This document shows, one piece after another, positions 9,508 to 18,466 of a stretch of DNA of 64,000 nt. Under the pieces are notes generated by a model that ran no database searches, was not told the origin of the DNA, and saw nothing but the letters and a program-made list of their open reading frames with translations. Numbering within the stretch: the stretch's first letter is position 1; each line of letters starts with the position of its first letter. The stretch is taken from IMG/VR virus record IMGVR_UViG_3300023109_000009. One strand, 5' to 3'. A program made the position numbers and the translations under genes. The DNA is from an uncultured virus (IMG/VR IMGVR_UViG_3300023109_000009). Lineage: Duplodnaviria; Heunggongvirae; Uroviricota; Caudoviricetes.

Positions 9508-10416
9508 ATGGAGAAGCATATGCACACAGATACAGGTATCGCAAAGTTTAACGATACTACACACAGAGGAAATTTAAACATGCCAAAATCTAAAATGGGC
9601 CTTGGTATTATAGGCAAAGGTTTTGTTGGTGGGGCAGTCTACGAAGGATTCAATACCAATAACGTACACATTAACGTCGTTGATCCGGTACATTCTACTT
9701 TGTCCTTAGATGATCTGGCCGATATCAATCCAGATGTAATGTTTATTTGTGTCCCTACTCCGGTCGGTAGTGGTGGTGCTGTAGATGCCAGTTTGATTAG
9801 TACTACTTTGCATAGACTCAATAAACACCAATATGAAGGTATTGTGGTCATTAAGAGTACTGTATCTGCTTCTGTGTTGAATGCTTATGTTGAGACATAT
9901 CCGAATTTGAATATTGTCTACAATCCAGAATTCTTGACTGAGGCGAATGCCAATGATGATTTTATTAACCCACCTTTCCAAATTTTTGGTGGTGATTGGG
10001 ATTCGTGCAGCAAAGTAGAAGAAATGTATATTCGATACAGCAAGGTCAAACCTGTGCCCACATTTAAAATGGATATCAAGGCTGCAAGTTTTCTGAAATA
10101 TACTGTCAACAGTTGGTTGGCAACAAAGGTTACATTCTTCAATGAACTGAGACTTCTCTACGATACATACAACATGGAAACACCATGGGAAGAGTTCGTC
10201 GGAGTATTGGCACACGAACCACGAATCGGTGCATCACATATGAATGTACCTGGCCCAGATGGTCAGTTTGGTTTCGGTGGAAATTGTTTCCCGAAAGATA
10301 CACGGGCATTTGTAGAAGAATCCCGAAATTCTTCTATGCTGACCCTACTGAATATGGCAATTCAACTTAACAATTCAATGAGACAAAACATCCAACTAGA
10401 AGAGGTGAAAAGATAA
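9508..10416 (+). CDS. UDP-glucose/GDP-mannose 6-dehydrogenase family (short form)
   Basis: IIGKGFVGG, FICVPTP, VIKSTV, YNPEFL, GFGGNCFPKD. True start may be ATG 9580. Confidence 0.92.
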   Translation: MEKHMHTDTGIAKFNDTTHRGNLNMPKSKMGLGIIGKGFVGGAVYEGFNTNNVHINVVDPVHSTLSLDDLADINPDVMFICVPTPVGSGGAVDASLISTTLHRLNKHQYEGIVVIKSTVSASVLNAYVETYPNLNIVYNPEFLTEANANDDFINPPFQIFGGDWDSCSKVEEMYIRYSKVKPVPTFKMDIKAASFLKYTVNSWLATKVTFFNELRLLYDTYNMETPWEEFVGVLAHEPRIGASHMNVPGPDGQFGFGGNCFPKDTRAFVEESRNSSMLTLLNMAIQLNNSMRQNIQLEEVKR

Positions 10417-10418
10417 TT

Positions 10419-10619
10419 ATGGATGAGATTCTACTCAACGCACTCGAAAAGCACTACGAAGGTCAAATTGCCTACTATAAGGCAAACATTAATGTGTACC
10501 TTAAGAACTCTGTAGGTATTGGTGAACACCCAGACATTATGGAAGCATTATCTAGTTCTATGTCTAAATTGGCAGAAGCAGACGAAGGGCTTGAAACACT
10601 TCGCAAATACTTTCGATAA
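10419..10619 (+). CDS. Hypothetical protein
   Basis: 66-aa ORF with GAGG RBS, tightly packed in the operon. Confidence 0.7.
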   Translation: MDEILLNALEKHYEGQIAYYKANINVYLKNSVGIGEHPDIMEALSSSMSKLAEADEGLETLRKYFR

Positions 10620-10634
10620 TAAAGGCTATAAATT

Positions 10635-11501
10635 ATGGAATTAAAAATCAGTACCGAAGACCTTAGACAATACAGTCTCTTTGTGGGTACTCCGATGTAC
10701 GGTGGTAACTGTTCTGGTCTTTTTACTAAGTCATGCACAGATCTTTCTTTGGTTTGTGGTGCTCATGGAATCCCGCTCAGGTTTTATTACCTATTCAATG
10801 AAAGTTTGGTTCAAAGGGCTCGTAACTATGTCGTAGACGAGTTTATGCGTTCTGACTGTACCCATCTATTATTCATTGATTCGGACATTGGTTTTCAGGC
10901 AAGAGATGTTCTTGCAATGCTAGGTATTCAAGGATCAGATCCCGAAAAATATAATATCGTGACCGGTCCATACCCCAAGAAAACCATCGCATGGGAAAAA
11001 GTCTCTAAGGCTGCAAAACAAGGATTTGGTGATGAAGATCCGTTTCAGTTAAATCAATTCACCTCAGATTTTGCAATCAATCCTGTAAAGGGTTCACAAA
11101 GTATGAAATTATCAGAACCCATTGAGGTCGCAGAGGCTGGAACTGGCTTTATGCTTATTCCACGAGAGGTACTTGAAAAGTACCGAGACGCATATCCAGA
11201 ACTATCATATAGACCTGATCATGTTCGAACAGATAACTTTGATGGTACTCGGGAGATCACAGCTTTCTTTGATTGTGTGATTGATCCAGAGACCAGACGT
11301 TATCTTTCGGAAGACTATTTCTTTTGCAAAATGGCACGAAAGGCTGGAATCTCAGTGTGGATGTGCCCATGGATGCAACTGAATCATGTTGGCTCTTATA
11401 TCTTCCAAGGTAATATGGCTGCAATTAGTCGCATTGGTGCATCAGCCACTGCAGACAAAAGTGCTAGTCGAAAGAGTTACAAAAAGAAGAAAAAGGGTTG
11501 A
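10635..11501 (+). CDS. GT-A fold glycosyltransferase-like protein
   Basis: FVGTPMYGG, ESLVQRARN, THLLFIDSDIGF (DxD), GTGFMLI, YLSEDYFFC, LNHVG. Confidence 0.75.
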   Translation: MELKISTEDLRQYSLFVGTPMYGGNCSGLFTKSCTDLSLVCGAHGIPLRFYYLFNESLVQRARNYVVDEFMRSDCTHLLFIDSDIGFQARDVLAMLGIQGSDPEKYNIVTGPYPKKTIAWEKVSKAAKQGFGDEDPFQLNQFTSDFAINPVKGSQSMKLSEPIEVAEAGTGFMLIPREVLEKYRDAYPELSYRPDHVRTDNFDGTREITAFFDCVIDPETRRYLSEDYFFCKMARKAGISVWMCPWMQLNHVGSYIFQGNMAAISRIGASATADKSASRKSYKKKKKG

Positions 11502-11526
11502 CATTTAACGTGTTCTGTTATATAAT
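11498..11526 (+). promoter_or_regulatory. Consensus sigma70 promoter for the clamp operon
   Basis: TTGACA(11498-11503)-17 nt-TATAAT(11521-11526). Confidence 0.88.
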
Positions 11527-11559
11527 GACAACACAAAATTGAAAGGAGAAATCTTTGTT

Positions 11560-12222
11560 ATGAAATTCAGTGACCGTACACTTACCATTCTTAAGAGTTT
11601 TGCAGGCATCAACAAGTCAATTCTTATGAAAGAAGGGTCTGTGCTTAAAACCATCACCCCCGAAAAAACCTTGATTGCTATTGCAAATATTCCCGATGAG
11701 ATTCCCTCAGAGGCTTGTATTTACGATATGTCAAGATTTTTATCAATTTTAAGCCTTTATGAAGATCCCGATGTGGAGTTTCATGATAAATACTTTATTA
11801 TCTCAGAGGGTCGTCGGCGTACGAAGTACATATATGCTGACATCTCTATGATTCACACTCCGCCTGAAAAAGAGATTTCGATCCCTTCCGCAGACGTTGT
11901 TGTTGATGTAAAATGGGATGATCTACAGTCCGTACTGAAGGCAGCAGGTGTTCTTCAGTTTAGTGAGGTCGCATTTGTTGGCGATGGTGGCAAATGTTAT
12001 CTCAAGGCAATCGACAGTACTACCGAGAATGCTGACGACTATGATGTCGAAATCGGTGAAACTGGCGATACATTTAAGATTATTTTTAAAACTGATAACC
12101 TTAAATTGCTACCTCAAGACTACCGGGTTACGCTTTGCAGCAAAGGTATCTCAGAGTTTAGAGGCAAGGATGTCACATATTTTGTGGCAATTGATTCTAA
12201 GTCGACTTATAACAAAGGATGA
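11560..12222 (+). CDS. gp45: Sliding clamp
   Basis: MKFSDRTLTILKSFAGINKSI, IYDMSRFLSILSL, NLKLLPQDY, YFVAID; AAGGAG RBS supports ATG 11560. Confidence 0.93.
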   Translation: MKFSDRTLTILKSFAGINKSILMKEGSVLKTITPEKTLIAIANIPDEIPSEACIYDMSRFLSILSLYEDPDVEFHDKYFIISEGRRRTKYIYADISMIHTPPEKEISIPSADVVVDVKWDDLQSVLKAAGVLQFSEVAFVGDGGKCYLKAIDSTTENADDYDVEIGETGDTFKIIFKTDNLKLLPQDYRVTLCSKGISEFRGKDVTYFVAIDSKSTYNKG

Positions 12223-12497
12223 AACACATGAATGATCAACAACAGCAACAAGAACAGGTAACTATCCAATTGGCTGATATCGCCACACTGGTACAGGTTA
12301 TCGATGTAGTATCACAACGTGGTGGTTTCCAAGGCCAAGAATTGGCCGGTGTTGGAATGCTCCGCAACAAGCTCGAGATGTTTGTTCGTCAGAACAGCCC
12401 CGAGCAAGATGGTGAGGCTGCAAAATCGGCCGGTGCCGCACCAGTAGATGTGGACGTTCCACCTGAAGGTCCTCTCGCTGACAAATTGGTTGGATAA
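12219..12497 (+). CDS. Hypothetical protein
   Basis: ORF overlapping the gp45 stop; AAGGA RBS suggests ATG 12228. Confidence 0.7.
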   Translation: MKHMNDQQQQQEQVTIQLADIATLVQVIDVVSQRGGFQGQELAGVGMLRNKLEMFVRQNSPEQDGEAAKSAGAAPVDVDVPPEGPLADKLVG

Positions 12498-12509
12498 CAA
12501 TCGGTTTAT

Positions 12510-12539
12510 AGGGGGACTTCGGTCCCTCTTTCTTTTTTT
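12510..12539 (+). terminator. Rho-independent terminator with cUUCGg tetraloop
   Basis: AGGGGGAC-TTCG-GTCCCTCT followed by a T-rich run. Confidence 0.9.
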
Positions 12540-12571
12540 ATTATGTTTTTATTTGATGAAGGTTTTATATT

Positions 12572-13525
12572 ATGGCCGTTGATGCTAAATCAAACGAAGT
12601 GTTATGGGTTGAAAAATATCGACCCCAGGTAATTGATGATACCATCTTACCCGAAAAAATGAAACAGACTTTTCGCAAATTTGTGAAAGACGAAAATGTC
12701 CCTAACCTCTTACTCACAGGTGGACCCGGTGTTGGAAAAACTACAATCGCCAAGGCTATGCTTGACGAGCTTGGTTGTGATTATGTTGTTAAAAATGGCT
12801 CACTCAACGTCAATATTGACACACTCCGATACGAAATATCAACGTTTGCCTCCTCCGTTTCCCTCGCAGGTGGTCGGAAATATGTTATATTCGATGAGGC
12901 GGACTACCTTAACGCTTCATCTGTCCAACCCGCCCTCCGTAACTTTATAGAAGAATATTCTTCTAATTGTGGGTTTATCTTTACCTGCAATTTCAAAAAT
13001 CGTATCCTTGCTCCCCTCCGCTCTCGACTTTCTGAGATAGACTTCTCTATCGAACAATCAGAGCGACCCCAACTTGCCATGCAATTCTTCAAAAGAGTTA
13101 ACACGATTCTTCAACAAGAGAATGTCGACTTCGATAAGAATGTGGTTGCCAAGGTGATTGAAAAACACTTTCCTGATTTTCGACGTGTCTTGACTGAACT
13201 CCAATCATACGCTGCTTCTGGTAAGATCGACGAGGGTATCTTTGTCAATCTGAAACAAGAATCTATTGATGAACTCTTTGCTCTTTTGAAGGCAAAAGAT
13301 TTTACCAATATGCGTAAATGGGTTGGTAATAACTCTGACCAAGATATGAATGAAATGTTTCGTCGAGTCTATGATGCAGCTACCGATCGTGTTGAATTCA
13401 GATCACTGCCCGGGTTTTGTGTAACACTTGCCGATTATATGTACAAGGCAAATTTTGTTGCTGACCTTGAGGTTAACATGGTCGCTTTTCTCACTGAGGT
13501 GATGATTGAGAGTGAATACAAATAA
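12572..13525 (+). CDS. gp44: Clamp loader large subunit (AAA+)
   Basis: LWVEKYRP, GGPGVGKTT, FDEAD, LRSRL, FPDFRR. Confidence 0.97.
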   Translation: MAVDAKSNEVLWVEKYRPQVIDDTILPEKMKQTFRKFVKDENVPNLLLTGGPGVGKTTIAKAMLDELGCDYVVKNGSLNVNIDTLRYEISTFASSVSLAGGRKYVIFDEADYLNASSVQPALRNFIEEYSSNCGFIFTCNFKNRILAPLRSRLSEIDFSIEQSERPQLAMQFFKRVNTILQQENVDFDKNVVAKVIEKHFPDFRRVLTELQSYAASGKIDEGIFVNLKQESIDELFALLKAKDFTNMRKWVGNNSDQDMNEMFRRVYDAATDRVEFRSLPGFCVTLADYMYKANFVADLEVNMVAFLTEVMIESEYK

Positions 13526-13707
13526 TGCCACTGATTGATCCGTACCATGTTTCAAAAGAAAAGGCTGCAGAACGCAAAGAGATTTGTAAATCCTGTGAAT
13601 CATACTTGAAGCTGACGGATCAGTGTAAAGAGTGTTGGTGTTTTGTTACTCTTAAAACAAAATTCAAATCACACTTAGGTGGCAAATGTCCAAAAGGGAA
13701 ATGGTAA
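13525..13707 (+). CDS. Small Cys-rich protein (probable metal binder)
   Basis: CKSC, QCKECWC, CPKGKW; TAATG coupling on both sides. Confidence 0.7.
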   Translation: MPLIDPYHVSKEKAAERKEICKSCESYLKLTDQCKECWCFVTLKTKFKSHLGGKCPKGKW

Positions 13708-13889
13708 TGCTTAGAAAGAAAGTTGAATGTTTTAACTGCCACGAAATTGTAAAGGCCAAGACGGCCTACATTATCAAACTAAATACATTAGAAGGTGCTC
13801 ACGAAGTTAAAATGTGTGAACCATGCGCAATGCAGTTTGATGAACTAATGAAAGAAATAGAAGAAATTAAAAATGACCCTGCCATATGA
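13707..13889 (+). CDS. Small zinc-finger-like protein
   Basis: CFNC...CEPC; start at the TAATG overlap. Confidence 0.65.
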   Translation: MLRKKVECFNCHEIVKAKTAYIIKLNTLEGAHEVKMCEPCAMQFDELMKEIEEIKNDPAI

Positions 13890-14088
13890 ACGTAGATGGG
13901 CAATTAATAATACTAGACAATTTCTAGTCGATTTAACAGACCCAAAGAAAACTCCACGGGTACCCAGTGCCGTAAGAAAAGAAGCATATCGTTGCTTAAA
14001 GCACTACCCAGGTGACTACCATATGGACGAAGCAAGAAAGGCAGCACCCGATGTCTTTGGTGACTGGGAGGATATGAATCATGGCTAA
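13873..14088 (+). CDS. Hypothetical protein
   Basis: MTLPYER...TPRVPSAVRKEAYRCLKHYP, a pattern seen in small phage proteins. Confidence 0.7.
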   Translation: MTLPYERRWAINNTRQFLVDLTDPKKTPRVPSAVRKEAYRCLKHYPGDYHMDEARKAAPDVFGDWEDMNHG

Positions 14089-14485
14089 AGATTACAACCC
14101 GTTTGATTTTATGAATGCAGCTTCTTTCTCTAAGGCCAATCTCATTGGTGACGATGAGAACCCAGAAATGACTGAGAAGCTATATGCAGCCTATATTGTG
14201 AATAGAGGCTTTGCTAATTTTGATGATACCATTCTACACGCGAATGAAATGAATATGAGACCAGATTTGTTTGCAGCCGCGCAGTTTGATTATTATCGTG
14301 GTGCTCTTCGTAAACGAAAGAGATTTTCCAAATGGCCAAAGGCCGATAAAAATGAGGATCTTGATGCTATTCAGACTGTATACCAATGCAATAGAACGAT
14401 TGCCAAGTTATATCTGAAAGCCTTATCGAAAGATGATCTAAAAACGCTACATGATCGCCTACAGGTGGGTGGAGTCGGTAAATGA
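14081..14485 (+). CDS. gp62: Clamp loader small subunit
   Basis: YIVNRGF, ANEMN, QFDY, RKRKRFSKW; GGAGG RBS; located just before regA. Confidence 0.92.
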   Translation: MAKDYNPFDFMNAASFSKANLIGDDENPEMTEKLYAAYIVNRGFANFDDTILHANEMNMRPDLFAAAQFDYYRGALRKRKRFSKWPKADKNEDLDAIQTVYQCNRTIAKLYLKALSKDDLKTLHDRLQVGGVGK

Positions 14486-14554
14486 TAAATACACAGAATG
14501 GTACTGTGCCATTTACGACACTACTAACAATTATTATAAAGGTGACTTTTAATC

Positions 14555-14959
14555 ATGGACAACGAGGATATTTTTAGAGGCGTGGGTATTGAAGTACGAC
14601 TACCAACTGAAGATAGCTTCCTTAAGATAAAAGAGACTCTTACCCGTATCGGGATTTCGTCTCGTAAAGAAAAGAAGCTGTATCAATCATGTCATATTTT
14701 ACACAAGAAGGGTAGATACTCTATTCTGCACTTCAAAGAGTTGTTTATCTTAGACGGTAAGCATAACACATTCACAGAGGAAGACCAAGCGAGACGAAAC
14801 ACAATCGTTAATCTACTCGAAGAATGGGAACTACTTGAAATAGTAGACAAAGAAAAAACCAAAGAGCCGGTTGCTGGACTCAATCAAATCAAAATTATCT
14901 CTTATAAAGATAAAAGTGACTGGGAGCTTGCTGTAAAGTATAACATTGGCAAAAAGTGA
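14555..14959 (+). CDS. regA: Translational repressor RegA
   Basis: FLKIKETLTRIGI, LYQSCHILHKKGRY, HFKELF, RRNTI, KYNIG. Confidence 0.96.
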   Translation: MDNEDIFRGVGIEVRLPTEDSFLKIKETLTRIGISSRKEKKLYQSCHILHKKGRYSILHFKELFILDGKHNTFTEEDQARRNTIVNLLEEWELLEIVDKEKTKEPVAGLNQIKIISYKDKSDWELAVKYNIGKK

Positions 14960-14966
14960 GTTGATT

Positions 14967-15476
14967 ATGAATATATTTAAAGTGAATGAGCGAGCTGAGA
15001 TTCCACAGTTTGCTACAAAAGGTTCGGCATGTTTTGATGTAAGGGCATGTCTACAAAAAGGCCAATATTTAAAATCTTACAACAACTGGAACAAAGAACA
15101 AAAGATTCTCGTGAAAGGAGTTGGTGGTGCACAAGATGCATTTCAACTCCCACCGGGAATACGATGTTTAGTACCTACCGGGTTAATTTTTGATATTCCG
15201 TGGAAACACGTGTTGAAACTATACATTCGCTCAAGCGTCGCACTGAAGAAAGGTTTGATTCTTTCTAATGGTACGGGCATTATCGATTGTGATTACGTCA
15301 ACGAGTGCTTCATAATGGTATCAAACGTGACTGATAGTTTGGTGACAATCGAACACGGTGAGAGAATAGCTCAAGCCATGCTTGAAGAAACCATTTCATA
15401 TGATATCAGCCCAACCGATAAAGAACCACTTCAAAAAACTGACCGTGTAGGTGGTTTTGGTTCAACCGGTGTATAA
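14967..15476 (+). CDS. dut: Trimeric dUTPase
   Basis: SACFDV, RSS, GIIDCDY, GERIAQ, RVGGFGSTG motifs. Confidence 0.95.
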   Translation: MNIFKVNERAEIPQFATKGSACFDVRACLQKGQYLKSYNNWNKEQKILVKGVGGAQDAFQLPPGIRCLVPTGLIFDIPWKHVLKLYIRSSVALKKGLILSNGTGIIDCDYVNECFIMVSNVTDSLVTIEHGERIAQAMLEETISYDISPTDKEPLQKTDRVGGFGSTGV

Positions 15477-15479
15477 ATA
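15472..15479 (+). promoter_or_regulatory. T4-type late promoter (gp55) for hsp20-prx
   Basis: Exact TATAAATA overlapping the dUTPase stop. Confidence 0.75.
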
Positions 15480-15484
15480 GATTC

Positions 15485-15571
15485 GTGAGATGCCGATAGG
15501 GTCTCACACAATCGATGGGTATATACCATCACTACAATTAAACTCTTGCTTAATATAAGGAGAAACTAATG
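15485..15571 (+). promoter_or_regulatory. ROSE-like RNA thermometer in the hsp20 5' UTR
   Basis: Three hairpins; the last (15543-15562) pairs CTC-TTG-CTT with the SD AAGGAG and contains UUGCU. Confidence 0.65.
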
Positions 15572-16024
15572 ACTGGTTTAAACATTAACCACCTCACCCC
15601 CTTCACTGTAGGTTTTGACAGAATGATTGATCGACTCGAAACGATGTCCGATCACATGAATCGAAACAATACAGGATTCCCGCCCTACAACATTCGTAGA
15701 CAAGACGACAATTTCTTTATTGATCTGGCACTTGCTGGACTTGATAAGGATGATGTTGAGATAGAAGTAGCAGATGGTAATCTGACTGTTCGTTCCACAT
15801 GGGATGAGCAAGGTGACTACTTCAATGCCGGTGGAGATATGCTTCACCGTGGTATTTCTTTCCGAAAATTCACTCGTAACTTTTCTGTTGCAGAAGATAT
15901 TGAAGTGAAAGATGCTCAATTTGTCAATGGTCTTTTAACGATTCACTTGGAACGTGTGATTCCAGATGAGAAAAAGCCCAAGAAGATCAAAATCAATGGT
16001 GACAAAACACTCTTAACTGAGTAG
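15569..16024 (+). CDS. hsp20: Small heat shock protein (IbpA-like)
   Basis: VGFDR, FPPYNI, LALAG, LHRGISFRKFTRNF, NGLLTIHLERVIP. Confidence 0.96.
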   Translation: MTGLNINHLTPFTVGFDRMIDRLETMSDHMNRNNTGFPPYNIRRQDDNFFIDLALAGLDKDDVEIEVADGNLTVRSTWDEQGDYFNAGGDMLHRGISFRKFTRNFSVAEDIEVKDAQFVNGLLTIHLERVIPDEKKPKKIKINGDKTLLTE

Positions 16025-16053
16025 TATTTGCAATTTTATTATGGAGATATAAT

Positions 16054-16593
16054 ATGGTTTTAAGTGGACGACGTGTACCTTCTATCACATTTCAAACTCG
16101 TGTACGAGATGAATCTATCGGTGGTGATAACCCTTATCGCTGGTCGACGCTCTCAACGAACGATATTTGTAATGGAAAAAGAGTGGTAATCTTTTCTTTG
16201 CCGGGTGCTTTTACCCCTACGTGCTCTACCTTTCAGGTTCCAGGTTTTGAAGAAAACTATGATCTGATTCGTGAGCTTGGTGTTGACGAGGTCTATTGTG
16301 CTTCGGTTAACGACTCATTTGTAATGAATAAGTGGGCAAAAGATCAAGGTGTTGAAAAGATTAAAATGATTCCCGATGGTACAGGAACATTTACTCGACA
16401 GATGGGTATGCTTGTAGACAAGTCTAATCTTGGATTTGGTATGAGATCGTGGCGATATGCCATGGTAGTGAAAGACGGTGTAATAGAAAGGTTCTTTGAA
16501 GAGCCTGGTATGAGAGATAATGCGACTGATGATCCTTATGGAGAAACTGCTCCACAGGTGATCATTGACTATTTGAAGTTACACAGCTATTAA
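16054..16593 (+). CDS. Peroxiredoxin (Prx5/type II)
   Basis: FSLPGAFTPTCS, SVNDSFVM, IPDG, GMRSWRYAM. Confidence 0.95.
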   Translation: MVLSGRRVPSITFQTRVRDESIGGDNPYRWSTLSTNDICNGKRVVIFSLPGAFTPTCSTFQVPGFEENYDLIRELGVDEVYCASVNDSFVMNKWAKDQGVEKIKMIPDGTGTFTRQMGMLVDKSNLGFGMRSWRYAMVVKDGVIERFFEEPGMRDNATDDPYGETAPQVIIDYLKLHSY

Positions 16594-16610
16594 GAAAAGT
16601 GGCTAGTTTG

Positions 16611-16635
16611 GGGGAGCTTCGGCTCCCCTTTTTTT
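16611..16635 (+). terminator. Rho-independent terminator at the early/late convergence
   Basis: GGGGAGC-TTCG-GCTCCCC-TTTTTTT. Confidence 0.92.
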
Positions 16636-18466
16636 ATCCACCCAATCCTATTAAGCCACCCGAGGGTCCTATGAATGGAGCATTTACAGTAGTCTGTGAG
16701 CTAGAACCACCATTGTAAGTTGTCGTTGGGCCAACCACATTATTGACTGTCTGCAGCACCATAGGTGCTTGATTAGCCGTTGTTGCAGCCGTGACAGTAC
16801 CGAGCATATCATTAAGGAGTGGGCTCACCAAACTGCTCATACTGTTCATAAATTGTTGAGTTTGCTTTTTCTTTTCTTCGGGTGACATCTCAAGCGTTGT
16901 GATTGTTCTTTGTATCGCCGCAGCATCTGCACCAGATTCTATTGCTGTTTTAATTGTTTGATCTTGTTGTCCTTGCAATCGTAGAATTTCACTCAAGCGT
17001 TCTTTATCAAACTCGGCCTTTGCTCTTTGATAGGCTGTGTCGCTCTCACCTACACCTCTAGGATTTGCCTTTTTCCTTTGAGCTCTAAATTCTTTATCTG
17101 TCAATTCATCAATCTCTGCCTGAATTTCTCTTGCAGAATTTTGTGCTGCCTCTGTTGCAGCTTTCTTAATTGCTGCCTTTTCTGCTTCTACGATATCCCT
17201 CTGAGCCTGAATTGCATCATTTCCAAGGCCGATATTTTCAAGCTGAGCCTCGGTAAGATTCTTAGATAATGTTTCGCGTTCTGCAATCATCGCAGTCAAT
17301 TTATCTTCTGCATCAGTCTTCAAACGATTCACTTCTTCAAGTGCATCTTCCATTCTATTTGTGATAGCACCTTCATCATATAAATCATCGCGGATGACAT
17401 CGACAATCTTTTCACCAATACCAATTGCTGCACCAACACCTGCACCAATAAGAGCACCCTTTGGCCCAAACATTGCACCAATCGTAGCGTATTTTAATAC
17501 TGTACCACCAAAATCTACAGCGTCATACTTCTTATTTGCAATTTCAGTCGGTGTCATACCCATAATATTGCCACGAATATAATCACCAATTTTTGGCATC
17601 AGTGCAGATAATGCATATGTAGCGAGTCCGGCAACAGTAAAACTTTTGAGAGTCGGACGTCTCAGTCCTCCTTTCGTCTTTTTATCAGGATCATCATCTG
17701 GAGCAACCACAGGCCCGGGTGTTCCCGTTTTGGCCTTTCTTACCTCATTGACCAAATATCCTGCAGTGAGAGCCTCAATAATGCTCGGTCCCAATTTGGC
17801 TAAAGCACCAATTCCAAGACCGGCAACTGCAGCTGCACCTGCTGCCTTTGCTAGATTCTCTAAATTTTCTGGTTTTAATGCATCTTCCATTTGGGTCAGA
17901 ATTAATGGCGTCTTTTCTGCAATCATATTCAAGGCGTTGGATATCTTTTTCCAGCCAGTATCTCTAATGGCAATCACCATGTTATCCAAGCCACCGTCGG
18001 TTTTCGAATTCAGATATCCATATCCTACTGCGAGAGCACCGACACCTAAAAGACCACCACCAAGTATTTTGAGACCACCAAGACCACTTAACTTCTTAAA
18101 GAGTCCATCACCTTTGGCTTTATCTTTTTCTGATGCCAAATCATTCTTAAGCTTCTGCGTCTCTACCTTCTCACGTAAGGCTTTTAATTCTGCAGATTCG
18201 GAATCTGCCTCTAAATCATCGAATGCCTTTTCTCGAGCCGCAGCTTCTCGTTGCCTTTCTGCGATATCAGCTTGAGCACCCATTGATGCTCTCATTGTAT
18301 CGGTCTGTGCAGCGATATTGTTTGATATAGTATTAAAGATACCTTCAAATTTTGCTAATTCAACCTTCACAGATCGAATTGAATTTGAACCGGTATTCCT
18401 TAATAACTTACCTTCAGCTTTAAGTCGGTCGATAATGGCTTCTGTTTCAGCCGATAATTCAGCCAT
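16634..18466 (-). CDS. Probable tape measure protein (gp29-like)
   Basis: 610 aa, coiled-coil-like with Gly/Ala hydrophobic stretches; lies downstream of the tube-initiator, gp26 and gp51 genes. Confidence 0.6.
   Translation of the reverse strand: MAELSAETEAIIDRLKAEGKLLRNTGSNSIRSVKVELAKFEGIFNTISNNIAAQTDTMRASMGAQADIAERQREAAAREKAFDDLEADSESAELKALREKVETQKLKNDLASEKDKAKGDGLFKKLSGLGGLKILGGGLLGVGALAVGYGYLNSKTDGGLDNMVIAIRDTGWKKISNALNMIAEKTPLILTQMEDALKPENLENLAKAAGAAAVAGLGIGALAKLGPSIIEALTAGYLVNEVRKAKTGTPGPVVAPDDDPDKKTKGGLRRPTLKSFTVAGLATYALSALMPKIGDYIRGNIMGMTPTEIANKKYDAVDFGGTVLKYATIGAMFGPKGALIGAGVGAAIGIGEKIVDVIRDDLYDEGAITNRMEDALEEVNRLKTDAEDKLTAMIAERETLSKNLTEAQLENIGLGNDAIQAQRDIVEAEKAAIKKAATEAAQNSAREIQAEIDELTDKEFRAQRKKANPRGVGESDTAYQRAKAEFDKERLSEILRLQGQQDQTIKTAIESGADAAAIQRTITTLEMSPEEKKKQTQQFMNSMSSLVSPLLNDMLGTVTAATTANQAPMVLQTVNNVVGPTTTYNGGSSSQTTVNAPFIGPSGGLIGLGG

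Noticed and set aside
14484..14513. GATAAATA and a short hairpin upstream of regA
   Set aside because: Mismatched late promoter and weak stem; too little support.
17646..18275. 209-aa plus-strand ORF
   Set aside because: Antisense shadow of the Gly/Ala-rich tape measure candidate, with no motif or RBS support.
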